DNA of 64,000 nt from Cladosporium halotolerans (lineage: Eukaryota), in contig NW_027191475.1 in the NCBI RefSeq assembly GCF_011745625.1, positions 62,001 to 126,000 on the forward strand, read 5' to 3'. Of this stretch, positions 11,598-22,929 are shown in pieces (the stretch's first letter is position 1; each line of letters starts with the position of its first letter). The notes below the pieces were generated by a model. The model saw only the letters and a program-made list of their open reading frames with translations. It did no database searches and was not told the DNA's origin. A program made the translations under genes and the position numbers.

Positions 11598-12992
11598 ATG
11601 CCTGTGCTGCTGTCAGCAACTTTGGCGGAGATCGAGGAGGCGTTCGCCCACGAGGGCGGCGTCCAGATCGAGCAGTCTGGGCTCGTCGGCGAGGAAACGC
11701 TGACGCGCTTCGACTGCAAGATCTGGTTCGCAGTCTGCGTGGGCGACGTTCTCGAGGGCCGGTACAAGGTCCTCGGGAAGGTGGCCAATGGTGGGAGTTC
11801 GACGATTTGGTTCGTCGAGGACGAGGCGTGAGTACTCCCCTGCCCTCACTTCCATGATACTGATTTTGCTAACCTCGATCGCAGCACTCAAGACCATATG
11901 GTCTTGAAAATTTCTATTAATTATACCAGCGGGGACACCCGCGAGCAGGACGCCTTCGGGCGGATCGCCGCGGTGTCCCCCACCACCACCCACGCCGGCC
12001 TGAGGTGCCTCCAACGGCCCTCTCGCCAATTCACCATCGAGGGCGAGAGCGGAAGTCACCAGTGCTTCCTGATGACGCCGTCTGCTTGCCATGTCGAGGA
12101 GGCATGGCGCGTCCTGGGCGACTTCCCTCTCGCCCTCACCCAGGAGGTCCTGCAGAACGCCCTCCTCGCCCTCGACTTCTTGCACTCCGAGTGCAAGCTT
12201 ATCCACACCGACATCAAGCTCGACAACATCCTGTTCGGGTTTGCCAACACTAACACCATCGCCGGCTACGTGGACGAGCTTAAGAAGGTCGATAGCACGC
12301 CTAAATGGCACGAGGGCGTAGACGGCACTAGGTACCCGGTCACTAAGGCCACACCGTTCGTCCTCACGAAGGACAGCTTCGCCCACCCCCAGCTTAACGA
12401 CCTAGGCGAATCGGTCATCATTCCGGAGGACAATAACGGCTTCGCACCGCCGAGAGTGTGCAGCCCCAAGGCGTTCAGGGCGCCAGAGACCCTCCTGGGT
12501 CTACCATTCAATGCCAGCATCGACGTCTGGCAGATCGGGTGCATGACCCTCCAGCTCCTCACGGGCAGCGTGCCGATCAAGCCTCACGGGCCCAACCAGC
12601 CATGGACAGAGACCTACACGCTGGCACAGCACCACGCCCTGCTGGGACCGCCGCCGAAGGAACTTATCGCGAAGAGCACCAAGGCCCGCGAGTACTGGAG
12701 CGAAGATGGACAGTGGATCCACCCAGACCACGCCATCCCCGACATCTCACTCGATCGCATGCTGGCGACGGTGAAGAACAACAAGAGGCGCAAAGAAGCG
12801 CTCGATTTCGTGAAGCACTGCCTACAATGGCTTCCGGAAGATCGCATGCCGGCAAAGGACCTGGCTATGCACCCGTTCCTGATCAAGAAGAAGAGAGAGC
12901 TGCTACAGGCGGCTGTGAAGAAGATCACGGAGAAGGGGATTACTCGTCTACGGACGATTATGGAGAGACTCGGAATGAAGAAAGAGGCTTAG
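11598..12992 (+). CDS. SRPK-like (CMGC) Ser/Thr protein kinase
   Basis: Intron 11828..11884 (GTGAGT, GCTAAC, CAG) joins GDVLEGRYKVLGKV...STIW to MVLKI; IHTDIKLDN, NDLG, FRAPE, DVWQIGC, LQWLPEDR. Confidence 0.85.
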
Positions 12993-13319
12993 TCTACGGA
13001 CACCTCAAAGCGAATGAATAACGATGAAGAGATAGCGACGTTCTCAATGGCAGTGACAGCATATTCGGTTGGAGCATCAGATAGCAGCAGCGCAGCCACC
13101 AGCGCTTAATACCAGACTTCACTCGGCCAGCATGGCCGCACTTCCCGCAACTGTTCCCACGTGTTTTCACTGTCAAAATCCTACTTTGTGGTGCTCCCAT
13201 CATTTGCAGACTCAAGAACGCGAGGTCCGCCCTCGAGAAAGAGCTCGTAAATCTGTTTCAGTACGCTATCACATGTCTCGAAAAGCTTCAGGGAATATCG
13301 GCATCTCCAAGCCATTGTG

Positions 13320-13740
13320 GTACTACCATCGTCTCCGTGCTATTCCTTAGCTATTTCGCCAGTGAGAGCTTCTCCATCACATATTCCCGGTATTGAACTG
13401 ATCTTTTGAGCTGCTATCCTCGCCTCTCTACTTTTTCATAAAGCCCATTACCAGTGAGAGTTTCCGAATAATGAAACTCCCCCATGAAAATTTTCTTGTG
13501 AGCTGCTACCCTCATGTCTCTGCTATTTTGCAAATCTCACTACCACTGAGAGTTCGGTATTACAGATCTTCTTCGTGAGAATCTCCTTGTGAGCTGCTAC
13601 CCTCATGCCTCTGCAATTTTGCAAATACTACTACCAGTGAGAGTTTCACTACAACAAAGCCTTCCCATGAAAATCTTCTTGTGAGCTACTACCCTCATAC
13701 CTCTGCTACCTTGCATATGCTTTCCCAATGAGAGCTTTCG
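13320..13740. repeat. Diverged tandem repeat, 91-92 bp unit, about 4.5 copies
   Basis: CCA(G/C/A)TGAGAG at 13359, 13451, 13543, 13634, 13725; TGAGCT(G/A)CTA(C/T)CCTC at 13407, 13499, 13590, 13682. Confidence 0.9.
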
Positions 13741-14562
13741 TTGTCCGATGATGACTTTCTCTCCTTAGTGGGCAGTGCATCATATTCAGCAACCCACGGA
13801 ACGGCCTCACCAGGACTCTAGGAAGTAAGAGGAGATTGACATTGACAATTCGTCTTACATGTTGGCCTCGAGTTCAAGGGCCGCCGCAAATTGCAACTTC
13901 AATCAGAGACCCGAACGAGGAAAAGCTTTCACGGCGTTTTATCTGCGCGCTGACACCTTTCGCGAAGCCATTCACATGAGATACTGACTGTGCAAAAAAG
14001 AGCCACGAAGTCTCAAACTGGCGGACGTCACTCACAAAACCGCAAACATCTTCTACAGCAGCACATGATCTTTCCGCCGATGGACCTTGTTTTCCCACGG
14101 AGCCTCCTCTCAATTTTCGAAGGCGTTCCTCGACGGCCAACACATCAGACTTCCAGGTCGGAACGATCACGGTTGTCAAAGCTCGGCTTCGAACTCGAGA
14201 AATTGAGACTGAGGAAGAGCATGCATAGAACATCTGAGAGTACATTACGTAGCCATGACTTCCAGAAGATGCCAGGGTTGATGGATCGGGAGCAATGATA
14301 AAAGATGCCGGTGGAATTTTCGAGCATGTTTGAACTTATCAGAAACCGTCGAAAAGACACGATCAAGAGGTGGATGAGTGGGATGATGACATTGTTATGA
14401 GACACTGGCGGTGTATAGACTTGGTAAGAAGCCTTTTAAGGGGGCGCGACGCACCGTTCTTTCCAGAGCGCCAGCATCGGATGTTCTCCCCAGGTGCCTA
14501 TATGCCACAAAGCAGGTCATACCCCCGAGGTCCTACAGAGGCGTTTTTGCTAAACGACACAC

Positions 14563-15348
14563 TTATGTCAGGAGAGACCCGCCGTTGACTTCGACCAAAG
14601 ATCCCGTAGCAAAAGAGCACCTCATCAAGTACACGTAGGCCTCTGACAGCTCCTCCGGTGAACCAACACTGTCAGTCAGACTGCGCTTCCGGAAACTCTC
14701 CAGTACTGACGACAGTCTCTCTTCCGGAATCTCGTCAAACATTTCCGTATGGACAGCTCCAGGGCTAACGGTATTGACGCGGATGGGTGCCAGATCAATT
14801 GCAAGACCTCTCGCGATGCCTTCCGTGCCACTGCCATACCCTGCAACTGCCGTCCATCCCTTGCCAGGCTTCGCGACATTTGCGCCGCTGGTGAAGGTGA
14901 TTGAGGATGTCTTCGTCTGCTTCATGTAGCTACCAGCAAGACCACCGAGGAGCATTGGTCCAAAAAAGCGGACTTTGCCCATGTTTTGGATATCGCCTAG
15001 TCCCAGCTCGGCCACGGGTCGGATCTTGATGCCATCACCAGCCGTGAAGACAATGTGGTCCAGTAATTGTGTCTGCGTGACGCTTTTGAGCAGTTTCTCA
15101 AGGTTTGAACGCATGTTGTCGACATCGGAGAGGTCGCACACTTGACCATCCAGGGAAGCGGAGGAGTCTTTGACGGATGCATTGAGCCGCTCTACGGCCT
15201 TGTCCAGCTTCGCTTGCCGGGAAGATGAGATGGTGACTTTCGCACCCAGTGACAAAGCATGCTCGGCTACGCAGAAGCCAATGCCGGATGAGCCACCGAG
15301 TACGAGGACTTTAGCGTTCTGGAGAACACTATTATAACGTGTGGCCAT
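14563..15348 (-). CDS. Short-chain dehydrogenase/reductase, 261 aa
   Basis: VLVLGGSSGIG Rossmann motif, LDHIVFTAG, SITFTSG, LAPIRVNTVSPG, TGSLVEVNGG; intronless. Confidence 0.92.
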   Translation of the reverse strand: MATRYNSVLQNAKVLVLGGSSGIGFCVAEHALSLGAKVTISSSRQAKLDKAVERLNASVKDSSASLDGQVCDLSDVDNMRSNLEKLLKSVTQTQLLDHIVFTAGDGIKIRPVAELGLGDIQNMGKVRFFGPMLLGGLAGSYMKQTKTSSITFTSGANVAKPGKGWTAVAGYGSGTEGIARGLAIDLAPIRVNTVSPGAVHTEMFDEIPEERLSSVLESFRKRSLTDSVGSPEELSEAYVYLMRCSFATGSLVEVNGGSLLT

Positions 15349-15875
15349 GTCGTTGGTGATGATTATGTGTGGGAGTGGTGTAGGTTGATGGTTGAGACGT
15401 TCAATGCTCCACGGCGATACACGAATGGACGACGTTGGTGATCAGCTGCTCAGTCGGTCTCCTGGGTGCTTTAGCTATGAAAGGGAAGAGCCATAGAGTT
15501 TTAAAGCATGCCAGAGTTGGAGATTACTAATAAGGCGTTCTCGAAGGAAGCGGAAATATCACATGCATCGAAAGCTACGGCTGCTTTGGCTCTCGCTTAT
15601 ATTCCCCTTGCATGCGCACCAAACTTGAAACGACAAAGCTCCTGCTACGTCGCTCAACGTTCACTGAGAGTTCGGATCAAACGACAGAAGCTTTCGCGAC
15701 ACTGAATGCTGATCATCTTTGAGTTTGCTGTTCGAGCATGTAGGACAAGGTAGTCCATACCACCTAGCAATCACAGAGGTGTGGTAAGAGGGGTTAAGGT
15801 TGGGGCAAGACTTCATCATACGATTGATTATGGATACATATTACACAGTGAACCGTAGAGGTTATCCAATCAAGA

Positions 15876-15956
15876 GCCTCCTTAGCTCAGTGGTAGAGCG
15901 CTGCACTTGTATACTGAGGAATGCAGAGGTCGGTTGTTCAATCCAGCCAGGTGGCA
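15876..15956 (+). tRNA. tRNA-Thr(TGT) with 9-nt intron
   Basis: Cloverleaf GCCTCCT/AGGTGGC-A, D arm TAGCTCAGTGGTAGAGC, anticodon arm CTGCA-CT TGT A[TACTGAGGA]A-TGCAG, T arm GGTTG-TTCAATC-CAGCC, oligo-T terminator about 20 nt downstream. Confidence 0.93.
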
Positions 15957-16803
15957 GTTCTTTCAACTTTCAACATTCTTTTTTTCCTTCTGAGCCAGCA
16001 TATCCCCCCTTGGAGGGTGAGGTTAAATGTCCTTTTGGGCTTGATCTGAATCTTAGTGAGACCGAGCGTAGATCTGGAACCCATAGTCACGATCGATATG
16101 GATCGAGGGCTATCGCTTGGGACGGTTCAGGATACATATGGACGAGGGTCAACCATGGTGGCTTGATTCGGCGAAGAAGCTTTGCAGAGGCTTGTGTGAC
16201 CGAATTTCTTGAATGGATTGCGATTGACGCTGTTTCCAATTCATATGATCATTGTGGAAGCAGTCGTCTCGCAGCGTCCAAATAGTAAAGAAATGAAGAC
16301 TCATTCTCACAGACGCAATATGTGCGATGTTAGGACGTTGCGAAGACTGTAGGAACGCATTGGCTCAGTCTACGTATGACCCCGGATCCTAAGCAGTTGA
16401 GGTCGCTTCTCTCCCGCCATAGGAAGGAAGGCTGTATTTTTCTTCTCGTCAAGAGAACCGGTAACACGAGCTCTCCAACTGCATCTCAGGAATTTGCCCG
16501 CCCAAGCCACCCCGGCCACACATGCTGCAAGCTCACAGCCCGTGATCAGAACACCGCGTTCGGAAATGGCAATTGGTGTAGACACTCAGTTTTCCACCAG
16601 GTACCAGTCCACAATCCCACGCAATATCTGGATCTTTACATGATAGCTTGAATGTAAAAAGTCCGCCCGACCAATTGAAGCTCTTTGTCGTTTGCGGTAC
16701 AGAAGGAAGGACCACAACAGCGCTGTCAACAACAAAGCCGACTACGGGACGACGCCACGCCTCAACACCGACATCGACAGAAGCATACCGGAATAACGCA
16801 AAG

Positions 16804-17949
16804 ATGTCAGCACGCAGCAGGCCTCGCGCTAACCACAATCAAGATGCCGACGAAGAACGCCGACTCTGGAAAGAAATCAAAGACAAGGCGCACGATGTCG
16901 ACCAGATGATAGCGCGCTCAAACGAAATCGGCCACGAGATCCTACAAGCCGAGACCCAGCAAGCGGCGCTGCTCGATGCCAACAAACCCGTCGATGCATC
17001 GCTGGACCGCAAGCTTGAGGAGCTGTACCGCGAGAATCTGAAGCTATGCGAGGAAGTGCAACACCTCATTGCTGGCGCATCGAGCGATATGAACGTATTA
17101 GACAGCATCAACATCCTGGCTGGCCTGCGCGAGGCCTCTAGTGCGGAACAGGCCTCAGCTGCTGCTGCCCCTTTGGGTCAACGAGATCGCACGGCAAGCG
17201 GAAAGCTGGCTCGTGAGAGACCTAAGAAGTCCGGCAGTAGAGGCTCCAACTCCGCCGCGGTGACTGAGGATGGTGGCGACGACTCTACTGCTCCCTCGCC
17301 GCGCATACATCTGGGACAGGCAAACCGTCTCAGCGCCAAAGACAAGTCATCACGCGCAGGCTCAATACCAGCTACTAGGGAAGCGAGCGTCAAAATCGAG
17401 GACGGCGTCGAGAGCGTTGCAAGCGTAGACTCCGCACCCAGCGCATCCGGCATGGGCAAAGCAGACAGCCTGCCGCCCAATGCCGCGCGGCCTACAAATC
17501 GAGTGACCTTCAAAGCAGGCGAGACGGTCTTCTACAGGCACAAAGACAAGCTACTCGAAGGGGAAGGCATCCTTTGTCGGGTCACTGCGGTCATCGGAGA
17601 GGGGAAGCAGCGGCGTTACGAGATTCAAGACGTAGACACCGACAATACAGCGGTCGGGACGGGGGGCAAGGCACCGGCGGTGGCTAATCCCAACAATTCG
17701 AGTTCTTTCAGAGCGTCCATCTCATCGCTCATGCAGATTCCGGAGTCGAACGAGCGGCTGCCAGACTTGCCAAAGGGGAAGCAGGTCTTCGCACTATACC
17801 CAGAAACTACGACATTTTACAGGGGTGAGGTGAGCGCATCGTGGAGGGCAAAGCATGATGGGGAACACGTGAGGGTTAGATTTGAGGGAGAGATGGAAAA
17901 CATTGAGTCGCAGGTGGTAGAGAGAAGATTCGTCTTGTTGGAGAGGTAG
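16804..17949 (+). CDS. SGF29: SAGA-associated factor Sgf29 (N-terminal coiled coil plus C-terminal tandem Tudor)
   Basis: MSARSRPR start; EGEGILCRVTAVIGEGKQRRYEIQD and VFALYPETTTFYRGEV...VRFEGE. Confidence 0.9.
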   Translation: MSARSRPRANHNQDADEERRLWKEIKDKAHDVDQMIARSNEIGHEILQAETQQAALLDANKPVDASLDRKLEELYRENLKLCEEVQHLIAGASSDMNVLDSINILAGLREASSAEQASAAAAPLGQRDRTASGKLARERPKKSGSRGSNSAAVTEDGGDDSTAPSPRIHLGQANRLSAKDKSSRAGSIPATREASVKIEDGVESVASVDSAPSASGMGKADSLPPNAARPTNRVTFKAGETVFYRHKDKLLEGEGILCRVTAVIGEGKQRRYEIQDVDTDNTAVGTGGKAPAVANPNNSSSFRASISSLMQIPESNERLPDLPKGKQVFALYPETTTFYRGEVSASWRAKHDGEHVRVRFEGEMENIESQVVERRFVLLER

Positions 17950-18420
17950 TGTTTTCGTTCCATCACCGCGCATGGTTGGGAAAAGGGCTGGATGCTGTTC
18001 GTTCGACACTTTGGAGTGATCAAAACTCGTTGCGCTAGGTTTACGACAGTACTGCATCGTCATGCAAATGGCTCTTAGGCTGAGAACAAATCGCATTCGG
18101 CATTACAGCAACGTTTACTGGCAGCGGCACATGCTCTCAGAAACGGCATATCCTCCGGCTATCAGCTTTCCCCGTCGCCGTGATGCTGCCGGTGCTCATG
18201 CTTCGGAGTCCCACCGGCACCGAGTTGCCTCGGCTCAGCCCTGCACGTTTCGCATCAGAGCGCTGACACTGAGCGACAAAGATTACGCAGGGGTTCGCCC
18301 TATCGGCCGTATTCCTCCCCTCGTCTCATCCATCATCTCATAGCTGTCAAAGGAACACACCTCGTCGCTCTCTCTATACACAATCTCCTTCGTTTCATTT
18401 CCTCGCAAGCTGCCTCCAAC

Positions 18421-19576
18421 ATGCCGAACCATCCGACCCTCATCCCCCCACCACCACCACACCCGTCCTCCTCGCCAATCGAATCTGTCCTCGAACTCAC
18501 GCACCTCTCCGAAATCAACCCAAACCTCTTCACCAACACCCGACCCCTCTGGCACCCTCCCGGCGCGCGGGGCATCTACGGCGGCGCCGTCATCGCGCAA
18601 TGCCTCGCGGCCGCCCAGCGCACCGTCCCCAAGGACTTCTACGTCCACTCGATGCACTGCTACTTCGTGCTGAACGGCAACAGCGAGATCCCGATCATGT
18701 ACCACGTGGAGAACGTGCGGCAGGGCCGCAGCTTCGCGACGCGGACGGTGCAGGCGCGGCAGCGCGGGCAGCCGATTTTCACGACGACGCTGAGTTTCAC
18801 GCTCGAGGGCAGCGGCGGGAAGCAGACGGTCGAGCACGCGCAGCACATGCCTGAGGACATCGAGGGGCCGCGGGACGAGGACGAGGAGAACGTGCTGAGG
18901 GGCAACAACTCGCCGTTTCTGAGCCAGAGGGCGGGCATTTTGAACGATGACGATTCCCGCGCGCAGGTCAAGAAGACGAGGCAGTGGATTAAGGCGAGGG
19001 GCAGGATTTCGAATGATGGTGGGCACCAGGCGCATTTGAGCGCGTTGGCGTATATGAGCGATAGCTACTTTATTGGGACTGTGGCGCGGGTGCACAAGCT
19101 TTGGAGGTACAGCACGGCGGATAAGAAGGATGGCAAGGATGGGATTGAGAAGATGGGAATTACTGTCGACGTGGTGCAGAAGCTGAAGAACATGGACGAC
19201 GAGACTCTTCGCAGGATGGAGGGCATGGACGAAGATGTCATCGACCAGCTGAGGAACGTTGAGATCAAGGATGGTCAAATCGTCGGCTTCAAGAGCCAGA
19301 AGCCGGAGATTGGCATGATGGTCTCGCTGGATCATACTATCTACTTCCACAATCCCAAGGAGTTCCGCGCCGATGAGTGGATGTTCACGGAGTGTGAAAG
19401 CCCGTGGGCCGGCGACGGTCGTGGTCTGGTCATGCAGAAGATGTATACGAGAGACGGCAAGCTGATCGCCAGCTGTGTACAAGAGGTGAGTGTTCCTGAT
19501 GATCATGGGCAGAAGTTGTTTGCTAACCCTTGCGCAGGGCGTAGTCAGACTCAGGCAGAAGGCGTCGAAGCTGTGA
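18421..19576 (+). CDS. TES1: Peroxisomal acyl-CoA thioesterase II (TesB/ACOT8 family), ends in PTS1 SKL
   Basis: GARGIYGGAVIAQ, HSMHCYF, RSFATRTV, LAYMSD, VSLDHTIYFH; intron 19486..19537 gives last exon GVVRLRQKASKL*. Confidence 0.93.
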
Positions 19577-20065
19577 GCTGTCGCGAAGTCCTTTGAGACA
19601 CTGAGAGAAAGCGATATAAATACCCTTGTGTAATTAACGATAGAGCTGCAAAGCGTTCTTCTTCTTGCGGTGTTTCTTGCCGTACTGCGACAACGGAGCT
19701 GATTTACCGCCATATCGAAGCATTCGTAACGCGGGCCTGGCGATTATTACTCATAGCCTGATATGGGTGAAGGATTGTAGCCATCGATTGGCAGTGAGCT
19801 CGTTTACAGCCGCCCAGGAAACGTAGGGCGTGGTGTAAGGCGCGTGTCAAGTTCCAGGCGCGACGCCGCTTATCCGACCCTGTTGCATTGCAATCATCAG
19901 TATATAACGATGATAGGACTCGGTGTTGAAATGCACTTGCGAATACTGTGAGCAGGTCAAGTCGGCGGGAGCAAGCATTGTAGAAAGAAGTAAATAATCT
20001 AAATTCCTCGAATGCTTACTATAAATCAATATCCATGCACTTTAGCCTGACTTATTGCTCTTCGG

Positions 20066-20197
20066 TGACTCGTGCGATGCCGGAGCGCTGCCCCGCTGCT
20101 CCTTCTTACCCCACGTTTCTGACGAAACAGCAGACGAGAAAATTGTCGCTGATCTGCCCATTGCCCTCGCCGTGGAGTCATACTATACCCTTGACTC
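20066..20197. promoter_or_regulatory. Cluster of three TGACTC hexamers (Gcn4/CpcA-type cores) upstream of LEU4
   Basis: TGACTC at 20066 (+), GAGTCA at 20175 (-), TGACTC at 20192 (+), 130-260 bp before the ATG of an amino-acid biosynthesis gene. Confidence 0.5.
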
Positions 20198-20328
20198 CCT
20201 CATTCAACCCCTTGATTGCTATCTACTCGCAAACATTATTTAATACTTCATCTGGGCCCGCGCCATTCACGCCTCACATTCACGACACCAACTCTGACTG
20301 AACCGGCTCTCGCGCCGATATCGCAAAT

Positions 20329-22411
20329 ATGCCTATGTACGTTTCCAAGAGAGCAGCATTGGACCTTCGGTAGGATCTGCAGCAGTTACTGACCCATCTG
20401 CTATCTTAGGCTTGCGGACCCCTCTACCAAATACAAGCCTTTCAAGCCTATCAACATCCCCGACCGGCAATGGCCCAATAAGACAATCGAGAAGCCGCCC
20501 CGGTGGCTGTCCACCGACCTGCGCGATGGCAACCAGTCCCTCGTGGACCCCATGGACGGCGAGCAGAAGTGGAGGTACTTCCAGATGCTCGTCAAGCTCG
20601 GCTACAAGGAGATTGAGGTCGCCTTTCCGGCCTCGGGCGACACCGACTTCAACTTCACACAAAAGCTGGTCAACACGCCCGGCATGGTGCCGGACGACGT
20701 CTGGCTGCAGGTGCTGTCGCCCTGCCGCAAGGACCTGATCAAGAGGACGGTGGAGAGCTTGAAGGGCGCGAAGAAGGCCATCCTGCACCTGTACCTGGCC
20801 ACAAGCCCGTGCTTCCAGAAGATCATCTTCAACATGAACAACGAGGAGTCGAAGGCCATGGCCGTCGAGTGCACAAAATACGCCAGGTCCATTACCAAGG
20901 ACGACCCCAATTCTGGCGTCGAGGAGTGGGCTTACGAGTTCTCGCCCGAGACTTTCTCGGACACCGACCCCGATTTCGCCCTGGAGGTGTGTGAGGCGGT
21001 CAAGGCGGCTTGGGAGCCGAGCGAGGAGAACCCGATCATCTTCAACCTGCCCGCGACCGTGGAGATGGCGACGCCGAACGTCTACGCCGACCAGATCGAG
21101 TACTTCTGCCGGAATATCAGCGAGAGGGAGAAGGTCTCGGTGTCTCTGCATCCCCACAACGACAGAGGATGTGCCGTTGCTGCAGCCGAGCTGGCACAGA
21201 TGGCTGGCGCAGACAGAGTGGAAGGAACCCTGTTCGGCAACGGTGAGCGTACTGGAAACGTGGACCTGGTGACTCTCGGACTGAACCTCTACACCCAGGG
21301 CGTGCACCCTAAGATCGACTTCAGCGACCTGAACAGTGTTATCGAGATTGTGGAGAAGAGCAACAAGATTCCCGTACATCCGCGTGCTCCCTACGGTGGC
21401 CAGCTCGTCGTATGCGCTTTCTCCGGCTCCCACCAGGACGCCATTAAGAAGGGCTTCAAGCTCCGCGAGGACAACGGCGCGACCGACAACGACGAGTGGC
21501 AAGTGCCCTACCTGCCGCTCGACCCCGCGGATATCGGCCGCACCTACGAGGCCATCATCCGCGTCAACAGCCAGTCTGGAAAGGGCGGCGTGGCCTGGAT
21601 CATTAGCCGCACCCTGGAGCTCGACCTTCCTCGCGGCCTGCAAGTCGCCTTCTCCAAGATCGTGCAGCGCGAGACGGACAAGCTGGGCCGCGAGCTGCTG
21701 GCGGAAGAGATCAAGAAGCTTTTCGTCGACGAGTACCACCTGGAGAAGAACCCGCGCTTCCACCTGGTCGACTACGACATCACAGCCGACCGCTCCGTAT
21801 CGCCCGCGCCGCCGGAGCCCGGCAAGACGGCATCGTCGCGCAACCTGCGCCGCCGCTTCAAGGGCGTCATTGAGATCGACGGCAAGGAGCACAGCGTCGA
21901 GGGCGTCGGTAATGGAGCGCTCTCCTCGCTCGCCAACGCCATCAAGAACCTCGGCATCGAGCTTGACATCGCCGACTACAAGGAGCACGCCATCACGCTC
22001 AAGGCCGGCCCCCGCGACGGCGGCAAGAACGTCAAGGCCGCGACGTACATCGAGTGCACGGCTTTCGGCAACCAGCAGAAGGTCTGGGGCGTCGGCATCC
22101 ACGAGGACGTCGTCCTGGCGTCGCTGCACGCTCTGCTTTCCGCTGCGTCATCTGTAAGTTTCTCTGTTGGCACTCAAATCCCGTGAAGTAAAAACTTTGG
22201 TCACTGACACCCAACCCTCCCCAAGTTCCTCTCCTCTCGCCCCTCAACGCCCTTCCTCCCCAAGTCTTCCGGGCTCAGCCCGCTCAGGCAGGAGGTCCAC
22301 GCCGCGCCCCAGAGCAACGGCGACGTGCAGCAGAGCTCCGTCGTCGCTAACCTGGAGAAGCAGGTCGAGGGACAGGCCGAGGGCGCTCTGAACGGCCACG
22401 CGCCGCCTTGA
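20329..22411 (+). CDS. LEU4: 2-isopropylmalate synthase (leucine biosynthesis)
   Basis: Exons 20329-20336, 20410-22153, 22226-22411; MPMLADPSTKYKPF, WLSTDLRDGNQSL, SLHPHNDRG, GNGERTGNVD, AFSGSHQDAI, IRVNSQSGKGG. Confidence 0.96.
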
Positions 22412-22906
22412 GGTGCGAGGATTGATCTCACGAGGTTTACGTGTTGTTGGAGAGAGGAGGCTGTTTGTTCCAAAACCAGAATGTAAAGCGATGTGAAGTG
22501 GGAGAAAAAGTCGATTATACTTTCCAGTTTAGTTTGGGGGCCACCTTTCGGTCTGTACGTGTGATAGGCGCTGATTGGCGGGTGGGAAAAGAAATGCATA
22601 TTTACGATATCTGGCAGCTTGCTGCAACTCCTCTCTGTCTACCTCATCAATCACTTCTACAGATGTCAAGGATGATGTTTCGTTGAGAGCGCGATGGCCT
22701 GATGCTCAGCCCGCGGCCGCAATATATGCATGCACGTGAAATGAATTGCCGGGGCAGGCGGACATCGGCAATGGGAACAGATCCCCCGTCGCCTCGCAAG
22801 CTGCCTCACGCTCCCCGTCATCTATGAGTAAACAGTGTATGCAAAAGACCGGCTTGTGGATTGCACCCCGCCGTCTGCCTCCCTACCTACCTCACGCAAG
22901 ATGCTT

Positions 22907-22929
22907 GCAAGCAAGCAAGCAAGCAAGCA
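22907..22929. repeat. (GCAA)5+ microsatellite
   Basis: gcaagcaagcaagcaagcaagca read directly. Confidence 0.85.

Noticed and set aside
13320..13740. CRISPR-like repeat-spacer reading of the tandem array
   Set aside because: Eukaryotic context, no cas genes, repeats are not identical, and the variable parts still resemble each other
20333..22129. 598-aa antisense ORF over LEU4, and similar shadow ORFs over TES1, EF-1 gamma, RSE1 and the oxidase
   Set aside because: Expected by-product of high GC3 codon bias on the coding strand; no independent motifs
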